The position numbers were made by a program, and so were the translations under genes. Below the pieces are notes generated by a model. The model saw only the letters and a list, made by a program, of their open reading frames with translations. It made no database searches and was not told the origin of the DNA. A stretch of 63,564 nt of DNA, the filler included, from Octopus bimaculoides (taxonomy: Eukaryota): assembly GCF_001194135.2 (NCBI RefSeq). It is 10 parts of 9 records of this genome, joined end to end, with 100 filler letters (N's around TTAATTAATTAA, not from the genome) between each part and the next. Parts side by side here need not be neighbours in the genome. Positions count along the whole stretch, not along the records: positions 19,557 to 30,766 come from NC_069010.1; positions 30,867 to 33,523 come from NC_068985.1; positions 33,624 to 36,133 come from NW_026299319.1; 7 more parts are not named here. One strand, written 5' to 3'. Of this stretch, positions 24,340 to 34,626 are shown piece after piece. Numbering within the stretch: position 1 is the stretch's first letter; every line of letters begins with the position of its first letter.

Positions 24340-25210
24340 GTTGTTGTTTAACCCTTGGCTGGACCTGATTGAGCATATATATATATTAGATAATGCATTC
24401 TTAGATACATCTTGCCTCAATAAAAGGCATGATAGTCATAGCTGGAACACTTTTGATTACAGGTCTGCAGGATCAAAACTGACCAAGGGTTAAACACCAA
24501 CAACAACAACAATAAAGATGCATTAGATAATGTAGTCCTAGGTACACTGTGTCTGAATAAAAGACAGGATGGTCACAGCCGGAACATCTTTGATCATAAG
24601 TCTGCTGGATCAGGACTGACCTGGGGCTAAACAACAACAACAAGGAAAGACAAATTAGATAATGTAGTCCTAGATACACTATGCCTGAATAAAAGACAGG
24701 ATGGTCACAGCCGGAACATCTTTGATCAGAGGTCTGCTGGATCAGGATTGACCTGGGGTTAAACAACAAGGAAGGACACATTAGATAATGCAGTCCAGGA
24801 TACACTATGCCTGAATAAAAGACAGGATGGTCACAGCTGGAACATCTTTGATCATAAGTCTACTGGATCAGGACTGACCTGGGGCTAAACAACAACAACA
24901 AGGAAAGACAAATTAGATAATGTAGTCCTAGATACACTATGCCTGAATAAAAGACAGGATGGTCACAGCTGGAACATCTTTGATCATAGGTCTGCTGGAT
25001 CAGGACTGACCTGGGGTTAAATGACAATTAGGAATGATACATTAGATAATGTAGTCCTAGATACGCTATAACTGAATAAAAGACAGGATGGTCACAGCTG
25101 GAACATCTTTGATCATATGTCTGTCTGGATCAGGACTGACCTGGGGCTAAACAACAATTAGAAAAAAACACATTAGATAATGTAGTCCTAGATACACTAA
25201 GTCTGAATAA
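24340..25210. repeat. About 130-bp tandem array of dispersed family E, about 6 units
   Basis: ga(c/t)tgacc recurs at about 24478, 24614, 24746, 24872, 25004 and 25134. It fills most of the intron between HFM1 exons 25271 and 24249. Confidence 0.92.
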
Positions 25211-25270
25211 AACAACAACAGACAGTACATATATTAATTAATGTAAGCACAATTAATTAATCATACTCAC

Positions 25271-25374
25271 CCCAATCAAAACTGATTAAATTGACAAATA
25301 TCTCGGGCCCTTTCATGGAATTTCTAACTGGTACCTTTTTCACAAACCCATTTTCTTCGAGTAAGTTCCTGTCC
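25271..25374 (-). CDS. HFM1: HFM1-like exon
   Basis: 104 nt. Acceptor ttttatcgtgtAG, donor G|GTGAGT, phase 2-1. Encodes DRNLLEENGFVKKVPVRNSMKGPEIFVNLISFDW(V), cf. human ...KKIAVKRALKSEDLSINLISSEFV. Confidence 0.87.
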
Positions 25375-25464
25375 CTACACGATAAAAGTTATATGCAACA
25401 ACAACAACAACAACAACAACAATAGTAGTAACACCAGTGTGAAAAAGAGAAACAAGCAATCCAT

Positions 25465-25770
25465 TGGCAATGTTGAGGGTTCCAGTTGATCTGATCAACA
25501 GAACAGCCTGCTCATGAAATTAACATGCAAGTGGCTGAGTACTCCACAGATACGTGTAACCATAACATAGTTCTCGAAGAACTTCAGTACGACATGGAAT
25601 ATGAAAAGGCCGGCCCTTTGAAATACAGGTACTACACATTTCTGCCGGCTGAGTGGACTGGGGCAACATGAAATAAAGTGTTTTCCTCAAGGATACAATG
25701 CACCACTGGGAATCGAACTAACGATCTTGCGATTACGAGCCAAATAACCTAACCACTGATCCATGTGCCT
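25465..25770 (-). mobile_element. SINE family C' (diverged)
   Basis: Family-C tail plus the gctgagtggactgg.gcaac.tgaaataaagtg centre and a tRNA-like head. Confidence 0.75.
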
Positions 25771-26059
25771 TCCCAACCATTACCGTAACAGCAGCAACAA
25801 CACAACCATAACAATGGTTTCAATTTTTGGCACAAGGCCAGTAATTTCAAGGAAGGGGCTAAGTCAGTTGCAATCGACCCCAGTCTTGTTTTAACTCCAT
25901 CATCATCATTTAGTGTCTGCTTTCCATGCTGGCATGGGTTAGATGGTTTGACTGAAACTGGTAACCCGAAGAGCTGTACCAGGTTCCAATCTGATTTGGC
26001 ATAGTTTCTACGGCTGGATGCCCTTCTATGCTGTAAGTAGGGATATGAGGTTACAGGTG

Positions 26060-26490
26060 CTTGGTACCAACATACACTGGTAGAGAGAAGGCAAAAATCC
26101 TCTGGGACTGTGGCTTCCAGACAGACAAGGTATTAGAGCACCGAAGGCCGGATATAGTAACCTTTAGGAGGGACAAACAGGAGCGCCTAATAATTGACGT
26201 GGCAGTATCAACATATCATCATGGAAGAAAGAGAAAGGGTTGATAAATATGGAGACCTGAGAATTGAGATATCTAAGATGTGGCAGCTACAAGAATCAAG
26301 CATAAAGGTTATCCCTACTGTCATCGGAGCATTGCATTCAATACCACCCAATCTGAAAAGACATCTGAAAACCCTCCAAGAAATACCCTACAATCTAGAT
26401 GTATTGCAAAAGTCAGCATTACTTGGAACTGCACACATATTTTGTAAAGTACTGTCTGTCTGAGGTCCTTGTTGTCACTTGACAAATAGT
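26060..26490 (+). pseudogene. R4/Dong-like non-LTR retrotransposon, restriction-like endonuclease and 3' end
   Basis: KILWDCGFQTDKVLEHRRPDIV...LIIDVAV, one frameshift, then KYGDLRIEISKMW...VIGALHSIP...LQKSALLGTAHI. This is a PD-(D/E)xK RLE domain. Confidence 0.8.
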
Positions 26491-26835
26491 ACAAACCCCC
26501 GATAGACCCAATATCTTCAATCAACAACCTCACGTTATTGGATACTGGGCAACATCTATAATGATAATAGAATAATCAGGAAAGTATTAGATAGTTGAAA
26601 AGAACAAATAGCATGGTACTGTAGGCTGCAGGTAGCAAGCCTACTATGCATGTATGACACCAGGGGTTCCAACAAAACCTGTGATAAAAAGTGATGATAA
26701 TAATAATGATGATGGTGATTTCTTTATTAACCACTAAGGGTTTACATTAAGAAAAATATTATGGACAGTACAGGACAAAACAAGAAATGTGTGTGTGTGT
26801 GTGTGTGTGTAATAATAATATATTGTGGGACCCAC

Positions 26836-26999
26836 ATTATCTTGCGTCTATAGAGAATGTGGTTATCAGCGTTGGCCACAATAAGTGCTGAGGTGTGCTG
26901 CTGTGATGTGGTACCATTCTTCACTATGTCTTCCTTGTTCTTTATCTGTATATTGATCTCAATCTCTGTACATCTCTTCCATGGATTAGTGGTGACAGG
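26836..26999 (-). CDS. HFM1: HFM1-like exon
   Basis: 164 nt. Acceptor ccccttactttcAG, donor AT|GTGGGT, phase 0-2. Encodes PVTTNPWKRCTEIEINIQIKNKEDIVKNGTTSQQHTSALIVANADNHILYRRKI(M), cf. human ...HYVTLIIGDADNQVVYLHKI. Confidence 0.88.
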
Positions 27000-27220
27000 C
27001 TGAAAGTAAGGGGGGACACAGGTCATATATGATGGTGGTGGTGGTGGTGGTGGTAGTGATAATGATGATGGTGGTGGCAGGGAGGTGTCTTTGCCGTTAT
27101 AGTGGTAGTGGTGGTGAGAGTGGTTGTTGATGTCATTTTGGTGGTGGTGGTGTAGTATATATACTATAACTTAATAAAATACAACATATCTATCTCTCTC
27201 AATATACATATATATATGTA

Positions 27221-27265
<45 letters not shown>

Positions 27266-27267
27266 GT

Positions 27268-27428
27268 GTAGGAGTGGCTGTGTGGTAAGTAGCTTGCTTA
27301 CCAACCACATGGTTCCGGGTTCAGTCCCACTGCGTGGCACCTTGGGCAAGTGTCTTCTACTATAGCCTCGGGCCGACCAAAGCCTTGTGAGTGGATTTGG
27401 TAGATGGAAACTGAAAGAAGCCCGTCGT
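27268..27428 (+). mobile_element. SINE family A 5' half running into a gap
   Basis: Head/core closely matching the 11414 type. It ends at the internal (TA)n. Confidence 0.85.
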
Positions 27429-28029
27429 ATATATATATATGTATATATATATATATNNNNNNNNNNNNNNNNNNNNNNNNNNNNNNNNNNNNNNNNNNNN
27501 NNNNNNNNNNNNNNNNNNNNNNNNNNNNNNNNNNNNNNNNNNNNNNNNNNNNNNNNNNNNNNNNNNNNNNNNNNNNNNNNNNNNNNNNNNNNNNNNNNNN
27601 NNNNNNNNNNNNNNNNNNNNNNNNNNNNNNNNNNNNNNNNNNNNNNNNNNNNNNNNNNNNNNNNNNNNNNNNNNNNNNNNNNNNNNNNNNNNNNNNNNNN
27701 NNNNNNNNNNNNNNNNNNNNNNNNNNNNNNNNNNNNNNNNNNNNNNNNNNNNNNNNNNNNNNNNNNNNNNNNNNNNNNNNNNNNNNNNNNNNNNNNNNNN
27801 NNNNNNNNNNNNNNNNNNNNNNNNNNNNNNNNNNNNNNNNNNNNNNNNNNNNNNNNNNNNNNNNNNNNNNNNNNNNNNNNNNNNNNNNNNNNNNNNNNNN
27901 NNNNNNNNNNNNNNNNNNNNNNNNNNNNNNNNNNNNNNNNNNNNNNATATATATATATATCTCATCATCATTTAACACCTATTTTCTATGCTGGTATGTA
28001 TGTATGTATGTATGTATCTATGTATACAC

Positions 28030-28170
28030 ACATAGTTACTAAAGAATATTACAGCTGAATAAAGAAAATTTGGACCTCAGAACTCTCTGCATTCAATAAA
28101 ACAGTGGCCCTCAATGTGTTTGCAGTGCCAGTACTGATACCAACATTTGGGCTGCTTGATTGGACACCTC
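28030..28170 (+). pseudogene. R4-like reverse transcriptase fragment
   Basis: VTKEYYS*IKKIWTSELSAFNKTVALNVFAVPVLIPTFGLLDWT resembles the R4-clade post-RT motif (AINxFAVPVL.YSFG...WT). Confidence 0.6.
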
Positions 28171-28487
28171 TTCTCAGTTGTAAAAATCGGTTTGTGTCGG
28201 GCCAACATCCCTACATAGAAAAGCAGCAAAATTCAAATCCAAAACATGAAAAGGGAAGAGATTCCCTGAGGAAACAAAATGGTGCAGTAGAATTCGAAGG
28301 GAAGTACTGCAAGATTGACTCCTCGTTTGACCCTCAGGAGAACATGCCAGGCCTTGATCTGGAATCTACAAGGGTAATGGAAGAGAGGACACCCTAAAAA
28401 TAGTCTAAGAGAGTAATGTGAATGCTAAAAGGGTTTAAAGAACAACAGTAGCAACAATAATAAGTGTAAACAATGTTTCTGTATTAC

Positions 28488-28577
28488 CTGGATTTGTTTA
28501 ATGACTATGTTATATTTTGGTAAACCCTTCACTCCTTCCTTCAGTTGGTTTCCAAATGGTGGGTGGCGGTTGGTTAT
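28488..28577 (-). CDS. HFM1: HFM1-like exon
   Basis: 90 nt. Acceptor tttttcAG, donor CAG|GTAATA, phase 0-0. Encodes ITNRHPPFGNQLKEGVKGLPKYNIVIKQIQ, cf. human ILNRHPPFGTQIKETVMYLPKY. Confidence 0.92.
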
Positions 28578-28598
28578 CTGAAAAATATATATATATAT

Positions 28599-29000
28599 AG
28601 GTGCAGGAGTGGCTGTGTGGTAAGTAGCTTGCTTACCAACCACATGGTTCTGGGTTCAGTCCCACTGCGTGGCACCTTGGGCAAGGTGTCTTCTACTATA
28701 GCCTCGGGTCGATCAAAGCCTTGTGCGTGGATTTGGTAGACGGAAACTGAAAGAAGCCTGTCGTATATATATGTGTGTGTGTGTGTGTGTATATGTTTGT
28801 GTGTCAGTGTTTGTCTTCCCCAACATCGCTTGACAACCGATGCTGGTGTGTTTATGTCCCTGTCACTTAGCGGTTCGGCAAAAGCGACTGATGGAATAAG
28901 TACTAGGCTTCCAAAGAATGAGTCCTGGGGTCAATTTGCTCGACTAAAGGCGGTGCTCCAACATGGCCACAGTCAAATGACTGAAACAAGTAGTAAAAGA
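28599..29000 (+). mobile_element. SINE family A, full length, abutting an HFM1 acceptor
   Basis: Complete copy whose head starts about 20 nt from the AG at 28578-28579. Confidence 0.9.
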
Positions 29001-29019
29001 GTAATATACGGGTCTACTG

Positions 29020-29175
29020 GATCACAGCTGACCTTGGGTCAAGCAATAAGGAAGGACACATTAGATAATGTAGTCCTAGGTACACTGTATCTGAATACAA
29101 AAGACAAGATGGATATAGCTGGAACGCATCTGATCATAGGTCTGCTGGAGCAGAGCTGACCTGGGGTTAAACAAC
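29020..29175 (+). repeat. Single dispersed copy of family E
   Basis: aggacacattagataatgtagtcctaggtacact...gatcataggtctgctgg...gacctggggttaaacaac is the same unit as in the 24340-25210 array. Confidence 0.8.
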
Positions 29176-29193
29176 CACCAAAATGTTACTTAC

Positions 29194-29279
29194 CAATTCC
29201 AGTTCTCTGGGATTTGCTTCACTGACTTTGTCGAAGTTGACTATTCCAGCATTTACCAAGGCATTTGAAAGAGACTGAC
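29194..29279 (-). CDS. HFM1: HFM1-like exon
   Basis: 86 nt. Acceptor ctttctgatAG, donor TTG|GTAAGT, phase 1-0. Encodes (G)QSLSNALVNAGIVNFDKVSEANPRELEL, cf. human TLSNAMVNAGLTSFKKIEETDARELEL. Confidence 0.92.
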
Positions 29280-30175
29280 CTATCAGAAAGACAAATATAA
29301 CACCATCATCCTCAACAACAATAATTATATTAATAAATACCCTGGTGTGATACCAAGCAATGGCTCCCATGGCTTCTGATCTTAAATTGATTGGAAATGT
29401 TATCATGGGCACATTTTGTCTTGGTATAAAAGATGAGTTACAGCAAATATTCTGCTTAATACCACAGATTTACTTGTCAGCTGTTTGACCTTAGCCATTG
29501 AGCATGTTCCTTATTGACTGACGATATGTGCATCTCTGATCATGAGCAGAAATAGTGGTGGTGGGGGGGGGCATCATAGCCATGTGTTGAGAGGAATTCT
29601 TCGGGGTTTAAATAATTCACCTCTGGAAACATGGATGTTTTGTTCAACATCCTTAAACGACCCTTATCAGAGTTATGGGTAATCTCACTTCTGTTTCCCT
29701 TGTAAGTTCCATACCAGGGCCTGATGCACATGTTTCCCCCCCCCCCCGAGAGAAAGCCTACCTTTCCCAGGTCTCGGTTTTGAACTATCATCGATGCTCC
29801 TGTAAACTTTGCTGTTTTTCTTTGTAGGGGTGCTGGCCCTGCACAAACCCGTTTTTACCCCTGAGAAGAGGCGATCCATATCAAGTCTGTTCAGAATGAT
29901 CCGGCATGATCCAAACTAAGGTGATCAATATCAAGTCTGTCTACCCTTTGACCTGTCCATCATGGGAGGCCCTGCCAGGGGCTTGAGATCTGTTGGCGTA
30001 GTTCTCAGGGTTTCCAAGGCACATAAGCCACCCCACTGCAAGAAGGACTGGACCTTGTAGCAGACTATCAATCTGTTGCAGTATATTTAAACCCGATCCA
30101 TCTACCCTTGAGATATTTAGCTGCAATTGGAACTGAAAGGGTGGTGGAGGGGATGATAGACAAAAGATAACATAC

Positions 30176-30304
30176 CTATTCCTTCCAGTTGCTTGGTAAC
30201 ATATTTTGAGTTCTCCCAGATGCGGGCTTTAAAGCACTTGTTGATGTAGATGGCGTTGATGAGGGATTTATGGCAATCCTTGAGCCACAGGATCTCTTGA
30301 AGAC
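30176..30304 (-). CDS. HFM1: HFM1/MER3-like helicase, Sec63-domain exon (most 5' exon found)
   Basis: 129 nt. Acceptor ctacccctAG, donor G|GTATGT, phase 1-1. Encodes xLQEILWLKDCHKSLINAIYINKCFKARIWENSKYVTKQLEGIG, resembling human HFM1 ...LAKCFRCKLWENSLHVSKQLEKIG as recalled. Confidence 0.9.
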   Translation of the reverse strand, partial: VFKRSCGSRIAINPSSTPSTSTSALKPASGRTQNMLPSNWKE

Positions 30305-30348
30305 CTAGGGGTAGAATGGATGAGGGAGTGAGGCAGGGAAAAAGAGAT

Positions 30349-30390
<42 letters not shown>

Positions 30391-30620
30391 TGAGGGGAAA
30401 GATGAGCAAGTAGAGATATGAGAAGAAGGGAGAGACAGAAAGAAATTTGACAGAGACACAGAGAGAGGAAATATGAGAAGGAAGAAAGAGAGATATAGAA
30501 AGGAAGAGATGGAGAAGAGAGAGATGAGAGAGGAAGGGAGAGTGAGAGGGAGACAAATGAACAGAGAGACAGAGACAAACACAGAGAAAAACAGACAGGC
30601 AGATAGACATACAGACAGAC

Positions 30621-30766
30621 CGTTGCCGGTGCCTCTGGACTGGCTCATGTGCGGGCGACACAAGAAATTTTTTCGAGCGGGATCGTTGCCGGTGCCCCTG
30701 GACTGGCTCATGTGCGGGTGACACATGAAATTATTCGAGTGAGATCGTTGCCAGTGCCCCTGGACT
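30621..30766. repeat. 62-63-bp GC-rich tandem repeat, at least 2.3 units
   Basis: cgttgccggtgcc.ctggactggctcatgtgcggg recurs at 30621, 30684 and 30746. It is related in reverse orientation to the end of family D at 38130-38205. Confidence 0.8.
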
Positions 30767-30949
30767 NNNNNNNNNNNNNNNNNNNNNNNNNNNNNNNNNN
30801 NNNNNNNNNNTTAATTAATTAANNNNNNNNNNNNNNNNNNNNNNNNNNNNNNNNNNNNNNNNNNNNTAGATAATTATTTACATCTCCAGGAAATATATAT
30901 GAATCATGCACTATGAAGTTTTCAATTCTTGAAAATTAGATACAATCAT

Positions 30950-31305
30950 ATGGTTCCGGGTTCAGTCCCACTGCGTGGTACCCTTCAGCGAGTGACTTCT
31001 ACTATAGCCTCGAGCCGACTAAAGCCTTGTGAGTGGATTTGGTAGGCAGAAACTGAAAGAAGCGCTGTATGTATGTATGTATGTATGTATGTATGCATGT
31101 ATGCATGTATGTTTGTGTGTTGTGTTTATGTTTGTCCCGTACCACCGCTTGACAGTCGGTGTTGGTGTTTACGACCCGTGACTTAGCATTTCGGCCAAAG
31201 AGTTCCTGGCTTCAAAATAAGTACTGGGGTCAATTAGTTCGACTGAAATTCCTCGAGGCAGTGTCCCAGCATGGCCGCAGTCTGATGACTAAAACAAGAA
31301 AAAAT
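30950..31305 (+). mobile_element. SINE family A (diverged)
   Basis: Core, (TATG)n interior and tail all present. Confidence 0.8.
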
Positions 31306-31474
31306 TATCAAAATAAATATATTGATTGACAAAAATTGAGAAAAAGTTAGTTTTTCATGCAGAAACTATAATATGGGAAGCAACTCTAACGCTATGTTAC
31401 CTCCCTTGATTTACTGTGATATGAATGTGTACGTGTATGTGTGAACGAGATTGTCTATGTATGTGCATGGTATA

Positions 31475-31740
31475 GAGGTGTGGTCTAGTGGTTAAGGTAT
31501 AGCATTGATGATGGTAACGTCATAGGTTTCGATTTCCAGACGAACAGTACATTGTGTTCTTCAACAAAACATTTCATTTCACGTTGATCCAGTAGACGCA
31601 GTTGTAATTGACGTTCGGTTCAGGGGGAATAATGGATTGCCAACCAAGCCAACAGGGTAGCACCATTCGAAAGCTACAACAGTGCGAGAAAGCGCATTGT
31701 GACCAGCGATGTATGACAATATCCAATAGTCTGGTCGGTA
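31475..31740 (+). mobile_element. SINE with a C'-type head and a distinct 3' module
   Basis: tRNA-like head (tggtctagtggttaagg...gtttcgatttcc), then cttcatttcacgttg, then a tail unrelated to the family-C tail. Confidence 0.6.
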
Positions 31741-31766
31741 TAACACATACACACATATATATACAT

Positions 31767-31813
<47 letters not shown>

Positions 31814-32194
31814 NNNNNNNNNNNNNNNNNNNNNNNNNNNNNNNNNNNNNNNNNNNNNNNNNNNNNNNNNNNNNNNNNNNNNNNNNNNNNNNNNNNNNNN
31901 NNNNNNNNNNNNNNNNNNNNNNNNNNNNNNNNNNNNNNNNNNNNNNNNNNNNNNNNNNNNNNNNNNNNNNNNNNNNNNNNNNNNNNNNNNNNNNNNNNNN
32001 NNNNNNNNNNNNNNNNNNNNNNNNNNNNNNNNNNNNNNNNNNNNNNNNNNNNNNNNNNNNNNNNNNNNNNNNNNNNNNNNNNNNNNNNNNNNNNNNNNNN
32101 NNNNNNNNNNNNNNNNNNNNNNNNNNNNNNNNNNNNATATACATATACTTACACACACATATATATATACATACATACGACTTGTGTTGGTGAC

Positions 32195-32444
32195 CAGTGA
32201 TGTAGCTTGTGTGCCGCCCGGGGTGGCCCTTCGGTATGCGGCGCCCTCCACAAAAAATATATATTGCACAATGACTTTGTCGATTGTTGCACTTAACAGT
32301 GAGTAATGTCCGTGTCCCGACATTAAAACCATAATTTAACTTCAATACAGCCTATACAGGCTTAGAGCCTACAGCAGAACCTCATAAAAATGCTTCCTGG
32401 GGCAGACCCCCCCCCCACTCTGATCCCCTCTAGCTATGCTAGTG
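32195..32444. mobile_element. 250-bp hAT MITE with perfect 8-bp TSD
   Basis: Degenerate TIRs cagtgatgtagct / agctatgctagtg. TSD TTGGTGAC at 32187-32194 and 32445-32452. Confidence 0.8.
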
Positions 32445-33420
32445 TTGGTGACCACATGGCACGTAGTCACGGCTGGTGAGGAGGTATCTCGCGGTGTGGA
32501 GGAGTGCCAGGGACTCTGTCCGATGGGTCGCCCGGGAAGACTCGGGAATATACCGACAAATAGTGAATGCAGCAATGCGTTGAAATGGCGCATGCCCCCA
32601 CATCTAACCTAAGCGCTTGAGTCGAGGTGAGGGGCAAGTAATAATAGCTTCCCATCCCCACCTTTTCTTCCCCCTATACACAGGGAACCTATATTGTTGT
32701 TGTTGTTAATAATGATGATGTTATTGTAGCAGAAGGCGGCATGAGGGCAGAATTGTTAGAGCGTCGGGTAAAATTCATTATATTTCTTTCGAATCTTATA
32801 TATTCTGAGTTCAAATCCTGCCGATATCAACTACCCCTTTCATCTTTTCTGGGTCGATAAAATAAAGTACCAGTCACATACTGGAGTCGATAAGATCCAT
32901 TAATCTCTTCCTCTCACAACTGTTGGCTTAACTTACAAATCATTATGGTTCAGTCTTGATCAGCTCTGATCATATAAACTCATGATCGAAGACGTACCAA
33001 GCGTGACCACTCCGTGTTCTCCTATATGTAGAGAATCCAGGGCCACATTATCCAATGTGTCTGTTTCTTGTAAATTAAGCTGCTATTTCTAGCATGTCGG
33101 GAGACGGTCAACTCAGAAAGTCTGGTTGCATATCCAACAGGTCGACACTGGTCGAGCAACCTTATGACCAAAAGTATTCCTGCCTTTTTCCAAAATATAT
33201 ATAGAGAGAGAGAGAGAGAGGAGAGAGAGAGTTTCGTACGTTAGCACTTACCAACACACGACACTCTCGGCCCTTGAGTCACTCTCTTGCTTCTCCTAAA
33301 CATTAATAAGAATATGCATATACTCATATCTTTAGTTCTACTTTTCCTGTTTGCATCAACCATGCATATATATATAAATATACATATATACCGGAGTGAG
33401 CGCACATAATTTCTAACAAA

Positions 33421-33460
33421 ACTGTCCGATGAACGGGAACGTGAAACTCCGAGTAACAGT
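33421..33460 (+). ncRNA. Candidate minimal type-I hammerhead ribozyme, core CCGAUGA (U4C)
   Basis: Helix I ACTGT/ACAGT; core CCGATGA; helix II ACG-GGAA-CGT; GAAA; helix III ACT(CCG)AGT; cleavage triplet GUA. Confidence 0.6.
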
Positions 33461-33485
33461 CTTGGGTCTGCTGCTTTTAAATAAA

Positions 33486-33523
<38 letters not shown>

Positions 33524-33623
33524 NNNNNNNNNNNNNNNNNNNNNNNNNNNNNNNNNNNNNNNNNNNNTTAATTAATTAANNNNNNNNNNNNNNNNNNNNN
33601 NNNNNNNNNNNNNNNNNNNNNNN

Positions 33624-34285
33624 AGAGTGCTTGTGCAATTCACCAGAGAGGGGAAGGAATCCGCATCACCTTGTCCAGGTCGACCAGGGCCCTCTGACAG
33701 GACCCTTCTTTTTGCTAAGAGAAGTGTGGAGGATAATCCTCGTTGCAAGGCCTCTGCAATAGCAGAACAAGTTGATATCAGTCCCGAAATAGCTGTCAAG
33801 AATCTCCACAAACTTGTCTACCATGGCAGAGCAGCAAGAAGGAAGCCACTTCTTCGATCAGCTAATACCAAGCGGAGAAAAGATTGGGTCAGTGAGATGG
33901 TGGGGAGGCCGCTAGCATTTTGGGACACTGTCATATTCTCTGATGAGTCCAGATTTGCTGTATTTTCTGACAGTGGTCGAGAGTGGGTCTGGAGATTCTG
34001 TGATCAAGAATATGATGTGAAAAGGTTGCAGCCAACAATGAAACACGGTGGCTATTCTGTGATGGTCTGGGGAGCAATTTGGAGCAATGGTTGATCAGAG
34101 GTGATGGAGTGTGAGAGAAAGCTAAACTCAGATACATATGTGTTCATATTGTAGAAAGAACTCCATCCAATTTCTGCAGTGATGAAATGATTGAAGAAAC
34201 CTCTTTATTCATGGAAGATGAGGCTCCTCGTCAAACGGCTGAAAAGATCCGAGATTGGTTGGAAGAGAATGGTATTAAAAAGCGC
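33624..34285 (+). pseudogene. Tc1-family transposase relic
   Basis: ARRKPLL...WDTVIFSDESRF...VWR...KHGGYSVMVWGAI, then stops/frameshift and FMEDEAPRQTA, the second catalytic-Asp region. Confidence 0.88.
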
Positions 34286-34479
34286 CACATGCAATATATA
34301 AATTACTTCTCACTTTATCTTCAGGTTTCAGTCGCCGCTGTGATCGAATTTTGCCCTATGTCTTTCCGGGGACGACAAGATTAACATAATAGCAACGATG
34401 TATATATATATATATATATATATATAAGGAGAGAGTCAGAGAGATAGATAGATAGATATACATGTACAAATATATACAT

Positions 34480-34515
<36 letters not shown>

Positions 34516-34589
34516 CCATTATTATGATTGACCGTTGACTGGACACTATTCAATTTTTTTTCTCCGTGTTTTTCTCCTTGTCTCCGTAT

Positions 34590-34626
34590 TCTTTCTGTTG
34601 AAGAGCGTAGCTCGAAACGTCAAAGA
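34590..34626 (+). ncRNA. Candidate minimal type-I hammerhead-like motif, core CUGUUGA (A6U)
   Basis: Helix I TCTTT/AAAGA; CTGTTGA; one extra A; helix II GAGC-GTA-GCTC; GAAACGTC with palindromic ACGT helix III and a GUC triplet. Confidence 0.45.

Noticed and set aside
22820-25210. Regular repeats considered as CRISPR-like arrays or coding repeats
   Set aside because: There are no unique spacers, the context is a eukaryotic intron, and the periods (70 and 126-132 bp) do not maintain a reading frame.
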